From positions 43,896,001 to 43,960,000 of the forward strand of contig OZ076417.1 in NCBI GenBank assembly GCA_964187785.1: a DNA stretch of 64,000 bases, read 5' to 3'. This document shows positions 43,401 to 56,996 of the stretch, in pieces. The notes below the pieces were generated by a model. It had not been told where the DNA came from. It ran no database searches and saw only the letters and a list, made by a program, of their open reading frames with translations. Every line of letters begins with the position of its first letter. Within the stretch, counting starts at the first letter, position 1. The stretch is from Amphiscolops sp. MND2022. Lineage: Eukaryota. Made by a program: the position numbers and the translations under genes.

Positions 43401-46268
43401 AGGTAATCCGTCAGCGGAATATTTTCAATGGCGGTCTATTGAACATTCACATCGAAATGGCCTAAGCGATCGAGCCAACGCGTTAATCTTGCACTATACT
43501 ATTTGTGAGCTCGATTGCGTTTTAGCAACGGTTCTAACGCTTCATGATCCGTTAACAAATTTACTCTTTTTATCAAATAGACGTAGAATCTAAAGTGTTC
43601 TAACCCCCATAAAGCTCCCAATAGTTCCAACTCATTTATCGCATATTTCTCTTCACAGTCGGTTAGGAACCTACTAGTAAAAGCCATGGGTCTAAAAACC
43701 TCCGCCACTTTTTGCCATATTGTGGCCTCCAGACCGGCGTTGCATGCGTCGGTGGTCACATAGTTATTCTTTTTTGGATCGAAATGTGTCAGTCATGGGG
43801 CTTCGGTTATCTCCTTCATTAGATTTTCAAAGTCATCGTTTATTTCGGACGTCCATTCTCATTTGGAATATTCTTCAGCAGTTTGCGCATTCTGTATGTT
43901 TTCATGGAGAGATTGTTTAAAATCTTGGACAGATGTTAAATCGAGCCCAGAATTGACTTTAGCTCCTTCACATTTTTTGGGGCAGCCAACTTAGTTATTG
44001 CTTCAGTCTTGTCTTTTATTGGCTTTACTCCGTTCATGTTTAAGTGGTAGCAGAGCCATGTCAGTTCCTTTTTGAACATTTCGGTCTTTTTCTCGCTTGC
44101 GTTTGAGAATAGGCCTTCTCCAGTTTGGACAATACTTCCCGTAGTTCTCGTTCGTGATCATCTATTGCGCCATTAGTTACGCAGATTATGTCATCTAGCC
44201 TCACTGGCATCTTGAACTCTAATACTTTATCGACATGTTCTTGGAAGACGGTTGGAATGTCCGACATGTTTTGCGGCTCCCTTTGGATAATTTAGCTTGC
44301 CCGTAGGCATAGTCCAGGTCGATTTTCGACATCCATAATTCTCCGTTGCTTTTAGTGATTTCTGCGGAAATTTTGCTGATCAACTCTTCCATGTTTGGCA
44401 TGGCAGCCTTTCTCTTTATGCAGGATTCATTCAATTTTCTTGAGTTTATGGCAATTTTGACCGGTTTATTTTTCTTTATGGTTATTACTGCTGGTGAAAT
44501 GAAGCAATTTTTGGTCGTTCCGTCTGCCTTTTCCAGGCCCCCTTTTTCGATCAATTTTTCTAGCTCATGGCGTACGCTGTTTTGGGAGTGGATGAGTACG
44601 CGTCTGCTTTTCTGTTGGATGGGTTTGACGTCTTCTTTCAGCTTGACGTCGATTTTCAGGACTTCTATCGTGTGATAATTTGAACAAATCCTCAAATTCG
44701 GCATAAATTTTTGTACTTCTCTGATCTACAGTTATGTTTCTGATTATATTCGAGTTCCGGTTACCTTGTTCTCCGATTTCCAGCTTATCTTACCTATCAA
44801 GGCCCAGTAGTGGCTGTGTGTCTTTATTCTCAGTTATAAGGATTGGTAGCATAACTTTGCTTTTTTCTGTTTTGACTTCTACCAATGCCTCGCCCTTGAA
44901 TTTGATTGGATTTTTGTTAACGTCCACAAAATACTTAGGCATCTTTGTCAGTTTCTTCGGATTAATTATTTGCGGAACAATGGTGATTGGAGATCCAGTA
45001 TCAATAAAGAATTCCATTGGCTGTCCCTCCACCAATAGGATTGCTTTGTAAAAGTCTATCAGGTTGACACCGTTGGTAAATTGAATGTGGTCCACTTCAA
45101 GCCATGGCTCGGTGTTGCTGTCCGTTTCGTCTTCTTCGTGTACCCGGTTCACGGTCTTGCATTTACAAACCCTGGCAAATATTGCACTGTGATTTCCGTG
45201 CCGGGCAATTGTGTTCCGGTGTCCAGTTGGACTTCCCACACAAGTGACAATGTCGGGTTGGAGGCTTCTTCCTTTCGGTGTCTAGCGGTCTCTGCTTCCG
45301 TACTGGCTTGGTCAAGGCAACTTATTCCCGTTAGAAGAGCTGTTTGAGGACGTCCTCTTCGACTTTTTGTTTCTTTGTTTTTTGTCGCCGTACTTACGGT
45401 TATAATTGTCAAGCTCTATGGTTTCTAGAACAGTTCGTAATTCTAGCGGGCCTTTGATAACATTGTCCCGGGACTTTTTATCGTTGATTGTTACCGCAAA
45501 TTTGTATGTGATGATTTCTTCGGGTGTTATTCGGTTAAACTCGCGTTTTCTCTCAATGTCCACCACTCTTTTCCAATAGTCATCAAGTGTCTCGCCATCT
45601 TCCTGTTTTACATTAAAGAATTGTGCTCTGCTGTGGAATACATTTCGGGCGGTCATGAACGCCTTTTTGAATAACTTCATTAGTTCTTGGATTTTGATAT
45701 ATTTCAGCTTTCGGCGCCATTGACCTCTCATGATTTCGTGCTTTGCTTTTGGGCCCAAAGCCAAGATGCATCACCCTTTAGGTGGTAGATTGTATGGGCA
45801 TCCATACATTCAGTTCCGTGATTCATCAAATCTTCCAGATTTTTGTGGTCTGTGAGATCAATGTATTCCGATACTTGTTCCCACCACATTCTTGGGTTCG
45901 TTTTTGTTAAATTTGTCTCCCGGTCTGATAGGATCGGGATCTTGTACTTGTTCTATCCATTCTTTCCATCGTTGTCAATTGATTTTGTGCTCCCGATTGT
46001 TCGGATTGTCCCGATTGTTCGGACATGTTGGGGTCAGTGCTCATTCTTTGATAGTTCTTTTTATAAATGCGCCATGTAATAGACTAGGGGAAAAGTCTGA
46101 TAAGTAGGCTGAATCAAAATTGACGAATATCAATAGTAACTTGTATCGTATGCAATACAAAAATTGTATGACAGTATAGCACAATTTGTATCATGTAGAA
46201 AGATAGCTGTTCTTTTAGGAAGGTACTGTCTAATTAGTCTAGACGACTGTTTCTATCTTCATGTAACA
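40456..46268 (-). mobile_element. Ty3/Gypsy LTR retrotransposon, full length (5813 bp), decayed
   Basis: 194-bp TG...CA LTRs (40456-40649, 46075-46268; 7 differences). TSD TCAAC/TCAAA. PBS TGGCGCA; PPT GAGGGGGGA. Order gag (45764-) - PR (FIDTGSPITI) - RT (KIDLDYAYGQ, LDDII) - RH (TTDAC, ELELLG) - INT (H..H..CPSC, LDFAGP, VDRFSK). Many stops and frameshifts. Confidence 0.95.
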
Positions 46269-47381
46269 TCAAAGTTTTTCAAAATGTTCCTGTTTCAAAA
46301 TACAGTAGTGAGAAATTTCAAAAATTATGTTTCTGAGGGTTATTGTTTTGCTAGAGTTGAGAAGAAGCTTAACAGTATTCTGTTATATTCAACAGTAAAA
46401 ACAGTTAATTTTTTAAAATTTTTTATATCCTTTCTCGGCACCCATAAATTGCCGTGATGTCGAGAAATAAAATGAAGATTGATGATCTTCAATTATGTCT
46501 TATAGTGTAATGATTAGCGTCGGACCCTTCCAGATAAGAAGGGGGAGGAACTGGCACGGAAGCACAATGTCCGCGACTGATCGTTTCTTCAAACTAAACC
46601 TTTTTGTCCCCGCATGGTACCGGTCCCGAGGAGGCGGCACTGTCATTTGGGACGCGCTTCAGCCCTAATCTAGTCTGTAATTGCTATAAATAACGGATAT
46701 CCAGCTAGTCTACGACCTCAATTTGATTTTTTTTCAAGTCAATATCTAAAAACATGTGATCTTGATAACGATTGTTCGCAACTTTCAAAATATGACGCAT
46801 TCTTAACTTTCAAATTTAGATTCAATATGTCAGAACGTAGTGTGACGCTTTTATGTCTTCAACTCCATTGACAAATGCTCTTATCTTTATTATTCTACAA
46901 TTTCATCACATGAATGACTCAAATTAATGATTCTCATTTCGTAACTATGGTTTTTCTCCTGAATGGGCAGGATGGTCCGCTGAAATGAAGAAAGCAAGAG
47001 TCCGTAATTGTTACAACTGAGCATAGGCAAGACGATTTCTTGGTGCTCCGACCTTCCCGACACCTGAAGACTACAGTCATAAGATTTTTACCCGTCTCCA
47101 AAAACCTCCTATTTCGTTCCAATAAAAACCTATTGACATACTGCATGAAGGGTTTCTGAAATTCGAGTTTACGATATTATAGATTTTAACAATAGTGAGA
47201 TTTTACAATTTTATTCCAGTTTTTGGTTTATTCCAGATGTAGATATTTTTGCCGAATTAATCATAAAACAGAGCTGAATTGCGGAGTTATTTTTTGAAAC
47301 TGGTTCAAGTAAATTTGGCCTTGTATAATTGATCAAATATCCAATACCCTTGTCCCAATGACCATTTTGAGAGGTTTCTGA

Positions 47382-48016
47382 ATGTCTGCAACAAAACAGT
47401 CACCTTATCATGACTACAGATCCTTAACCACGAAAACCCTTGTGATTGCCGACTCACAGGCAAGGAATATGTATGCAGAAAACTTGAATATACTTTCTCT
47501 GCCTGGTGCTTGTGTACGGCATGTCTACAATTTTCTTCCTCACACGGATATTTTTGATTTCATCATTCTTTTTTGTACGGGAAAACGACTTGTATCTTTT
47601 CAAAAAACCAACTACGACACCTGCAGGTCGAGTGGCTCACAAGATTATGGATCTTGCAAATCCCTTGTGCCACCGTGCCAAAGTAGTTTACATTCTTGGC
47701 ATACCTAATCGAAACGAAAATAAAGTACGTTCGAAGCAAGTAAACGATTTCTTGCAATCAGTAGGTGATCTCAAGACGAAACACCATTTCCTTGTTACTT
47801 GGAGGTATCGAACTGGGCCCCGACATAACATTGGGGCCGTTATCTTTGTCCCAACGACGCCACACACCTCAATGAAGACGGTCTCAATAGCCTCAGAAAT
47901 CTTATTAAAGACAAAAACATATACAAAACTACAAAAGGGAGTTGAACAAGTGTAGTAATGACAAGTTCTTTCAGTGCAAAACAGATGAGTGCCAGTGCCC
48001 ATGCAATGACTGGTGA
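47382..48016 (+). pseudogene. SGNH/GDSL hydrolase-like ORF with Cys-rich tail, inside the Bel/Pao 5' region (frameshifted)
   Basis: Block I LVIADS (Ser at 47454); block II LPGA (47502); block III IILF-x-x-x-NDL (47575-47592, +1 frame); block V DATHLNEDG (47856-47882); then C-x7-C-x4-C-x-C-x-C-NDW* ending 48016 in a third frame. Confidence 0.72.
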
Positions 48017-51000
48017 AACTCTATACCACAACCTTCAAATGTTAGAATTTTCAACTTTTGCCTTCACTTAAAGGTTACCTTGAGGTTCCGCTTAATGAAT
48101 TCAAAGTTGAAGTTTTGCCCTTTTGTGTATCTGAGTAGCTAAAGGTTACCTTGAGGTTCCTCCAGCTATCTCAGATCACTTTCACAGTAGCTCTGCGCAT
48201 CAAGACAACTTCAAGAAAAGCATCTCTCATATACTGCTTGCGAAGTCTGAATAATTTATCAGCCTTTGTATTGTCCAATTTTAATACCCGGAAGGTTTTT
48301 AGCTGGAAACGTCACTCTCTTAGTCCCCCTCTACACGTTGATCATCTTCGATCATGAGGGATCCCATTCATCCATCCAATCCTTTACCAGCTGACGAAAA
48401 GCGGCTTTCAAGAGTTAGGGGTGCGCACAAGGGTGCCTTTACAAAGCTCGAAAAGAAAGTGGATGACTTTCTAACCACGATGAATGCAACGCCAAATCAA
48501 CTGGTTGAAGCCGAAGCACTTCTAAAGACGCTTCTAGACAAGATCCAAGTCATCCCATGGTGTGACGCTGAGTTAAAATTACTTCTCGATGATGATCATT
48601 TACTGTCTCTAGACATGGATCTTTCGACACAGTTCCATCACAACGCAAGTGTGACTGTTGCACGTTTGTCAGCACTGATTGACAACTTTAAAAGGGCATC
48701 AGAAGCCACGGGGAACTCTCCACGTACATCTACAAACAGTGGGAGCCAGAATTCAAGCAAGCTGAAATTCTCGATACTTCAACTTCTATCATTTACGGGT
48801 TCTTATACGGACTGGATGAGCTTTGCCGATGTTTTCAGAGCATCTGTCGACTGCAACAACCAATTATCGAACTCTGAGAAGTTGAAATATTCAAAAGCTT
48901 GAGTCAAAGTTGAAGCAGGTAAGCTGATTATCTCAATTACGATCACTGATTTTAAATACGATATCTCTTGGGAACTTCTGCACGAACGCTATGAAAACGA
49001 AAGGAACAAGGTACAAGCCCATTTACAGGCAGTTTGGACTCAAGGCTCACTGAATTCTGAATCCTCAATCGATCTATGAAAACTACTTGATACAACAAAC
49101 GAGAACCTCAAAGCCTTGACGGAGCTGGGACGACCAGTGGAGTACTGGGATGCAATTGTCGTTCATTCTCTATCTTAGAAGAATTATCCGGAGTCACGCA
49201 AGCAGTGGCAGCTGGACCATCTCGGAAAAGACCTCCTCACATGGAAACAGCTTTCAAAGTTCCTCGACACTCGAAGCCATGCACTCGACATTGGTGGCTC
49301 TAAGCCATCAAGTCAAGTAAACGCAACTCAAAACTCAAACAAGTAAGCAACATATGCGAATCCAATCATACTCAGTATCCTGCCCATCGTGCGATAATTG
49401 CACTGAGGATCACAAGTTGAATTCTTGTCCGAAGTTCTAAGCCATGTCAGTTACCAATCGACATCAATTCGTCAAAGGAAAAAGACTCTGTTTTAATTGT
49501 CTCCATCCTGATCAATCTTCGAAAGATTGCCAGTCAAAGTTCTCTTCCCGCGAATGTAAGATGAAGAACCACCCGCTGCTCCTTCGAACTCAAAGGCCTT
49601 CCAATCCACCACAAGTCGGTGACAACTCATTTCAAGTTAGCGGTGGTTCGACGTCTCACAAAGACGTCACAACAGGGCATTTGAACACTGATAGTCAGAA
49701 CAATACAGTACTTCTCTCCACTGTAGTTGTCTCTATACGAAATGGGAGTGGTAAGCCAATCAGAATGCGAGCACTCTTGGATTCCGGGTCACAAGCCAGT
49801 TTTATCACTGCAAACATGGCGAAGGCCCTAATGCTTTCGACAAGAAGTAATCAAGCTACGATTATGACACTTGGTTCAACACAGACCCAAAAGACTTGTG
49901 GAATCTTGTCGAATACAATCAATGATGCAGTAGATGTCAATTTGCATCTGATTTCAAAAATTGCCAATGTGCTACCCTCTCGGGAAATCGATATTTCACA
50001 AATGAGACACATCATCCATCTGAATCTAGCAGACCCGAGATACAACTTTCCAAGCAAAGTAGATGTATTTCTAGGAGCCGATGCTGTTAAAGAAATCCTC
50101 CTAAAGAACAAAATCAAAGACAATGGACTTTATCTAAGAGATTCTATTTTTGGCTGGGTAGTGTCCGGTCCAGTCGCGATGTTGCATGCAAACTGCATCA
50201 GAACACATCTGGTAATTTCTTCTAAAGCAGACACAGGCCAGTTGTTGTCAAAATTTTGGGAACTAGAAACCTTTCCAGAGCAAAAACACAGTACTGCTGA
50301 AGAGCGCAAGTGCGAAGAGCACTACAGAGCAAACGACTCAACGAAACACCGAGGGAAGATTTGTGGTCCAAATGCCAATCAAGGAGGAAACACAAAGGTT
50401 TGGCTACAGCAAAGCAAATGCAATGAAACAATTTCTTTGCTTGGAGCAGATTCTGCATCGAGATGAGTCTCTCCTCAAGAAATACTCAGCTTTCATTCAA
50501 GAATTTCTCGACGTTGGTCATTTTGAAAAAGTAGAAAGCCTTGATGTTTTCCTAATCTATTATCTCCCACAACTTTGTGTGCTGAAGGAATACTGCTCGA
50601 CGACAAAAGTGCCTGTTGTTTTTGACGCAAGCTCGGAAACAACCACAGGCGTCTCTCTGAACGAATGTCTATTTCTCGAGCCGAAGATTCAAGAACATAT
50701 AAATATCCTCCTCGACATTTTGCTTAGCTTTCGATTCTTCAAAGTTGCCATGTCAGCTGACCTAGCAAAGATGTATCGGCAAGTGGAACTCTGCAAAAAG
50801 TATAAGGACTATCTTTGTATATTTTGGCGCTTCGACAGGCAGCAACCAATCGATACCTACAGGATGACACGCGTAACTTACGGTGTCGCAAGCAGTTCCT
50901 ACTTTCCTACCATGCCATTCACTAAATCGTCGAGTGAGCAAATCTTGAAGGAGTTTCTCCTGATGCTCAAATCTCAATAAAAAGAGACTTCTATGTTGAT

Positions 51001-52066
51001 GACATACTCACTGGAGCCACTTCTGTTGACGAAGCCAAAACATTACAGACTAATTTGATTCAGGCACTGAAGAAGAGTAAATTTGACCTTCGAAATTGGA
51101 CATGTACTGAAGCCTCATTCGTTCTTTCTCTACCCCCGAGTATATGGGCGCCAACGACAACTTAGAATTTCTCCAAAATGACCACACCATAAAAACACTG
51201 GGGATCGTATGGAACCTTACTAAAGATGTCTTCCTCTTCAAAGTTGCTCATGTTGAAGAAGGCACATTCGACAAGAATAATGTCACAAAGCGACAAATGC
51301 CGAGTGACATTTCTAAAACTTTTGATCCGCTGGTTGGCTTTCTCCTGTAACAATCCAGCTCAGGCAGATAATACATAAAACTTGGGAAGTCAATGCAATT
51401 TGGGATGACAAGCTGCCGGACCATTTAGTCAACATATACCTCGAATGGCGATCAAAGTTAATTTCTCTGAAAGAAATGAAGTTGAAACTATTGGTCCTAT
51501 TGGATGGATTCGCAGACAAGGTAGATGTTCACCTGTTCTGTGAATCCTCTGAAAAAGCATACGCTGCCTGCATCTACATTGTCGCCTCAACAACTGCCGG
51601 CAATACATAATCGTCTCATCTTGTGACCAAAACAAAGGTAGCACCAATCAAATCTTAGTCAATCCCACGTCTAGAGCTCTGCGCGGCCCTTCTCGGTGCG
51701 CGCCTCCTAAAGTCAACATTGAAGGCATTCAATCAATTGAACCTTCAAATTGGAACTCAAAACGCCTGGACTGACTCAACAATAGTCTTGAGTTGTTTTT
51801 CTCGTGAACCCAGCCATTGGTCTACATTCGTGAGCAACCGCGTCTCAGCAATTCAAGGTCAAAATTTAATTGGATGGAATCACGTAAGATCTGAAGACAA
51901 TCCAGCCGACCCTGCATCACGGGGCATTGATCCAGATGCAATCCATGCACACTCATTGTGGTGGATATGGTCCTGACTGGCTGATCACCGGAAATTTCAT
52001 AGAACCCTTTTTTCCCGACGAAGATCTCGAAGAACAGAAAAAAGCAAAGATTTTATACCTTCACGC

Positions 52067-52931
52067 CAGTGATGTACATTGATAAGAAACTTTAAAGGAT
52101 CATTTAAATGATCCTTTTAATTTTTATTCATCTTAATGCCGATCCTTTGAAGGATTTTTCTCTAAAGGATTCCTTTTTACTCTAAAAAAAATTTCACATG
52201 TCTTGATTAAATCTTGTTCAAGTTTGAAGTAGAATGAATTTTGCAACAATGCAATATAAAAGAGACCGCGGATTTTTGCCAGCAAAAAGGGACGATTTAG
52301 AATAAATTCTCTGGCAGCCGTTGAGAACATTTCTAAAACAAGTAACCTGATAAGGAGCAACAAATCATCGAATGAGGAGAAGCAAACAGGTAGGGCATTT
52401 TCGAGTGCGTTGGATGAAAAAAAAGCCAATACGAGAGCATGATTATTGTAGATCAGGTTGCAATACCTGAAACTGATGACACTATCGAAAGCATTTGCAA
52501 TTTCCACAGCGGAGATAGACAGGGAGAAGAACCTACTGATGAGGGAACGTTCGAAGAAGAGCTGTACAAATTCGAAATAAATGTGAACGAACCTATTTCT
52601 GCTTCTTTAAAAAAAATAATTGAAGCGAAAAAAGTATCCGCAATTACGAGGTGATGCTAGAGCTGTATTAGGAGTCTTGCCATCACCTGCGAATGCAGTG
52701 AGACGCTTCTCCGGGGCTCAGTTTTTGACCGAATCCCGGAAAATGAGATTAAATATGGACTGTGTCAAACTCAGACTAAAGTGCTTTTGTGATTAATCTT
52801 CCTTAATCGTGATTGTAGATTTCCTTTATATTTTACAGTTTATTTGATAAAAATTGAAAGTAATCCCTTGGAAAAACTGTTTTCCCTTTTATCAAAAAGA
52901 GTACTTTAAAAAATAAAAAAGAACATCACTG
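52067..52931 (+). mobile_element. hAT deletion derivative nested in Bel/Pao pol
   Basis: TIR CAGTGATGT/ACATCACTG; perfect 8-bp TSD CTTCACGC; retains a hAT C-terminal dimerisation-like relic ARAVLGVLPSPANAVRRFSG...RKMRLN (about 52655-52795). Confidence 0.9.
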
Positions 52932-54566
52932 CTTCACGCTTACGCTGCTCTCGATCAAGATGCTCTCGATTTATCAAAATACAATTCCCTTTACAAAGCT
53001 TTACGAGTTCTTGCGTATGTTAAAAGTTTTGTATCGAAACTGAAGAAAGAGTTGAAAGACTTCCCTCGAAACGTGACAGCCTCTGAACGTGCCGACTCGA
53101 CAATGATATTACTGCGGTAGGTACAACGCAAGGAATACAGTGAGGAAATCAAGACTCTGGAAATAGCGCCGCAAGTAAAAAAAGAAAAGTTAAATCTTGA
53201 AACTTTATCCTTTCCTCGACGATGGCGTGCTTTGTGTAGGCGGAAGATTACCTCAAGCTAACTTTCCTGACGGCAGCAAGTATCAGCGTTCGATTCCCCA
53301 GAGTAGTCATCTAGCCAGACTGGTTGTGTCAAACGCTCATCTGTCGACACTTCATTGAGCAGTGCATTTTGAGACAGTGTCCGACATGACAACAGCAGCT
53401 TGCTACGCAACCTTGAGAGGATTCGTTGCTAGAAGAAGGTGCCCGAAAACGATTTACAGCGACAAAGGAAGCAACTTTATTAGAACTCGAGCAGAGATCT
53501 CACAATTGCAGAAAATCTTTAATGCCGAACATGAAGGTTCCTCGCGAACCATTGCAGCTGGCCTCCTAACCATTTGGACCTTCATACCTCCAAGAGCTCC
53601 GTATTTTGGAGGTCTGCGGGAGTCCGCAATCAAGCGAGCGAAACAACATCTACGAAAGGTAATGGACAACAAAGTACTTTCGTTTGAAGGATTAACCACA
53701 CTCTTTTGCCAAATTGAGTTAATTCTGAACTCACACCCGTTTTACCCGCTGTCTGAAGATCCCAATGATGACACAATTTTGACTCCTGAACAATTGTGTC
53801 TTGGTGGGAAGCTTTAATCACTGCCGCTTAAAGAGAGTGTTGGTGTTCTCAGATCCGAAACAATCGATAACGCGAGTGACGCAACGCCAGTCAAAATATG
53901 GGCTCATTTGCAAAATCTAAGTATCCATTTCTGGAAAAGGTGGACAAAAGAGTACGTGACGTCCCTCCAGGAACGCAATAAATGGAAACAAGAGACCTCC
54001 AACCTAAAATTGGGTGATGTCGTCAACGTGACTGACGATAACACACCTCCTCTTCAGTGGCCCCTAGCAAGAGTATCCTATGTCTATAGTGGCTCTGACA
54101 AGTTTGATCGAGTGGTGGAAGTCAAGACGGCCAACGGGATATACAACAGATCAGTCCACAAACTGCGAAAACTCTTTGACTACCCGCAAAAGGATAATCA
54201 CTGAAAGAAAACACTTTAATCAACAAACTTGTAATTTTGAATTTTCCTTGTTTTAAATGTTTCTCTTAATTTTCCATAGGAAACCAAGGCAGGCTGTGTG
54301 TTCCCAACTTTCAACATATGACTCATTCCTAACTTTCAAAATAGGATTCACTATGTTAGAACGTATTGTGACGTGTTTTATGTCTTCAATTGTATTGGCA
54401 AATGCTCTCATCTTTATTATTCTGCAATTTCATCACATGAATGACTCAAATAAATGATTCTTTTTTTGTAACATGGTTTTTCTCCTGAATGGGCAGGATG
54501 GTCCGCTGAAATGAAGAAAGCAAGAGTCCGTGATTGCTACAACTGAGCATCGGCGAGACCAACGGT

Positions 54567-54964
54567 TATCATTTTCTTTCCACATATAATGGGGGAGGAA
54601 ACTCATGATCTGCGTTGCGTTTTTTGTCAAATTCTGTCAAATTTCCAAGATCTCCATCCACTACTTGACTATTTTTATAGTTTCTATCCACTACTTGACT
54701 ATTTTTATAGTTTCTTGACTACTGTTCACGCATACTCGCTCCAGCGAAATCCGCATAATGACGTATGTTCAGAATCTCATTCCCGCATAGTGACGTATGC
54801 TCTTTCTAGTAAATTCCGCATAGTGACGCATTTAGTTACTAGTAACTAAAATAGAAGAACAAAAAGAATTTGAAGAAGAAGAATCTTCTATTAAAATAGT
54901 CAGGTAACTAAAATAGTCAACCAAGAAGGCGAAAAACATCCTGGTGCTTTGCGGGCCTCTTGTT
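54567..54964 (+). mobile_element. Helentron-like non-autonomous element, family 1
   Basis: 5' stem-loop TTTTC..CCACATATAATGGGGGAGGAAA, core CATGATCTG(T/C)GTTGCGTTTT, TACTTGACTATTT microsatellite, 3' GGCGAAAAACATCCTGGTGCTTTGCGGGCCTCTTGTT. Confidence 0.65.
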
Positions 54965-56323
54965 GTTAATGTTACTTGACAATCGCTTCCCACTAACTTA
55001 TGTCTCTTCTCAGGAAATCACTTCACATTGACGCCGCTAAAACTACATGGAAGACTAACACAGACCTCTGTCAATTTTCGCTACAAACGCTCAAAGTAAA
55101 CAACAGAAAATGCAAATAGAAAAATCTATTTTTGAACATTGACCAAATTTCTGGCTTCAAGAATACTATCCGAAAACAGCGTGAATTTAGGATCTTGGTG
55201 AAATATTTTCAACACTTCGAAACTTTGAGGAAACTTTGCGTTGTTCACAACTTTCACGAAATTTGGTATTGGTCACAAAAAATGAATGGTGTTAGCGTTG
55301 AATCAGAGATTAGACGACCTCTGATGACACTATAAATGATAAAAGCGAACTAATGTTGTTCAAGAATAAACAACAAGCCTGAAATTTGTCAACTGGGATA
55401 TTTTTTTGCCTCAAGTTATTTCAGAAACAAGACCCTGAGCATGGGGATTTTTTTACTCCCTAACTAAAATAGTAACGACATTTTATAGTATCGACCGTGA
55501 GAATTTTTACAACTTTCGATTCATTATATTGTTTTTTAAAAAAAACATTTAGTAGCCAAAATGTTTGTCATTGGACGTTTTGGATATTGATATTTCCTAA
55601 AAACATGCAAAGATTATCCAAAAAAGCAGGAAATAGAGAATTCTCGATTGATCTTTTTGATTATTTTAAAATGCTAAAGTCAGATTTTCCCATCAACAAA
55701 CTCCAAAAAGTATGGAAACTGGAGAAAATTTCGTCTGCCGGAGCTGCTGTGGTTTTTTTGAGGCCTTTTTGTCGAAAAGCTTTTAACGTTCTTCCACTTC
55801 TCGAAACTCACTGGATCATTGTTTTTTGCGTCGTTGAGCTCATATATTTTGTAGCCTACGAAGAAACTTTAATACTGTACAAGCTATCTGTAGCGATACT
55901 CTCTGGGGCACATGCTAAAAACTCAATGATGGACAAAATGACGTCATCATTGAGCATGACTGTTTCGAAAGCCTCGCCATAGGACAGAGAAAATGCAGAA
56001 ATGAGCGGTCGAACCCGAGAATGAGGGAAAAGGCACAACGTAAAATGAACTGATACAGCCACTTAATAAAGATTCATCATTGGCATGTGCTGAGTACCCT
56101 TTGGTGCATATGATGTATGTTTCCCGAAACTTAGCAAGACGCTACATTTAGTAACCTACAAAAACTAGTCTTGATGCCTAAATGGTTATCTTCGGTACTT
56201 AGAGCCTCACACTATTAGCTGCGTTTACACCATGTGATTGTTGCTATGTAATTTCAGTTATTGTATAAGATTGTCTGTTTAGAGGTTGAGACCGTGAGCT
56301 ACTGTTTGCAATTTAAAGACTAT

Positions 56324-56489
56324 TATTTTCCGCCCACATAAATGGGGAGGAAAATCATGACCTGTGTTGCGTTTTTTCCAAGTTCTGCCAAATCTCCCAG
56401 TTTCACCTCACTTAAAGTTACTTGACTATTTTAGTTACTTGACTATTTTAGTAGCGGAAAATATCCCGGTGCTTATCGGGCGTCTTGTT
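56324..56489 (+). mobile_element. Short family-1 Helentron-like element (also at ~58187-58371 and ~60057-60247)
   Basis: TATTTTCCGC...GCGGAAAATA subTIRs, 17-bp TAGTTACTTGACTATTT repeats (2-3 copies), CCCG..CGGG hairpin, CGTCTTGTT end. Confidence 0.72.
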
Positions 56490-56996
56490 CGTACTTGCGC
56501 TGTTTATGCCTCCAAAAGTGACTTTCTTTATCTGCATTGTTTCGTTGTTTCGGAGACGGTAGTTCTCAGTATGCAAAATGACCGTTACCCTTAGCAGTCA
56601 TCGACAGTTAGGGTTGTTACGCTTAGGGTTAGGATTGATTGAAGTATCCACACAAACAAATTCCGTCACCACTTGACGATACCATAAGGAGGCAATAGGT
56701 AACTAAGTGAAGATGATATCCCGTCTGGTGCATTAAAACTCTATCCCTTCAAGTTCCTCCAACTGGTATAACACGCTGTAGCTCAGTGCCAGCTTGCCGT
56801 GACATTGCTACTATTGTTTCCAAAACGGAAATGTCTATAGTTTTGCGGTTTTGGGCGTCATTCCTATGCTTTTTAAAACAAAGTTTCCGTCTTGAAAAGA
56901 CTCATTTCAGTTCTGAACTCTGTCTTTAGTAATACATATCAAAATTCCGAAATTTTGATGACAAAAATGCATCGAAGTGTGAAACATTAATAATGC

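Larger units (their letters stand above)
46773..54561 (+). mobile_element. Bel/Pao LTR retrotransposon, full length (7789 bp including nested hAT), decayed
   Basis: 263-bp LTRs (46773-47035, 54299-54561) beginning TGTT. TSD ACGAT/ACGGT. PBS TGGTGCTCCGACC (47041). Gag (SFTGSYTDWMSF..F, LCFNCL) from 48354; PR ALLDSGSQASFIT; RT YYLP..V..VFDAS, ADLAKMYRQV, FYVDD; RH/Pao; INT PPRAPYFGG; C-terminal WKRWTKEYVTSLQERNKW. Confidence 0.95.

Noticed and set aside
56608-56635. Interstitial telomere or telomerase template (TTAGGG motifs, repeated in each array unit)
   Set aside because: Only 2-3 interrupted hexamers inside a dispersed repeat; no array.
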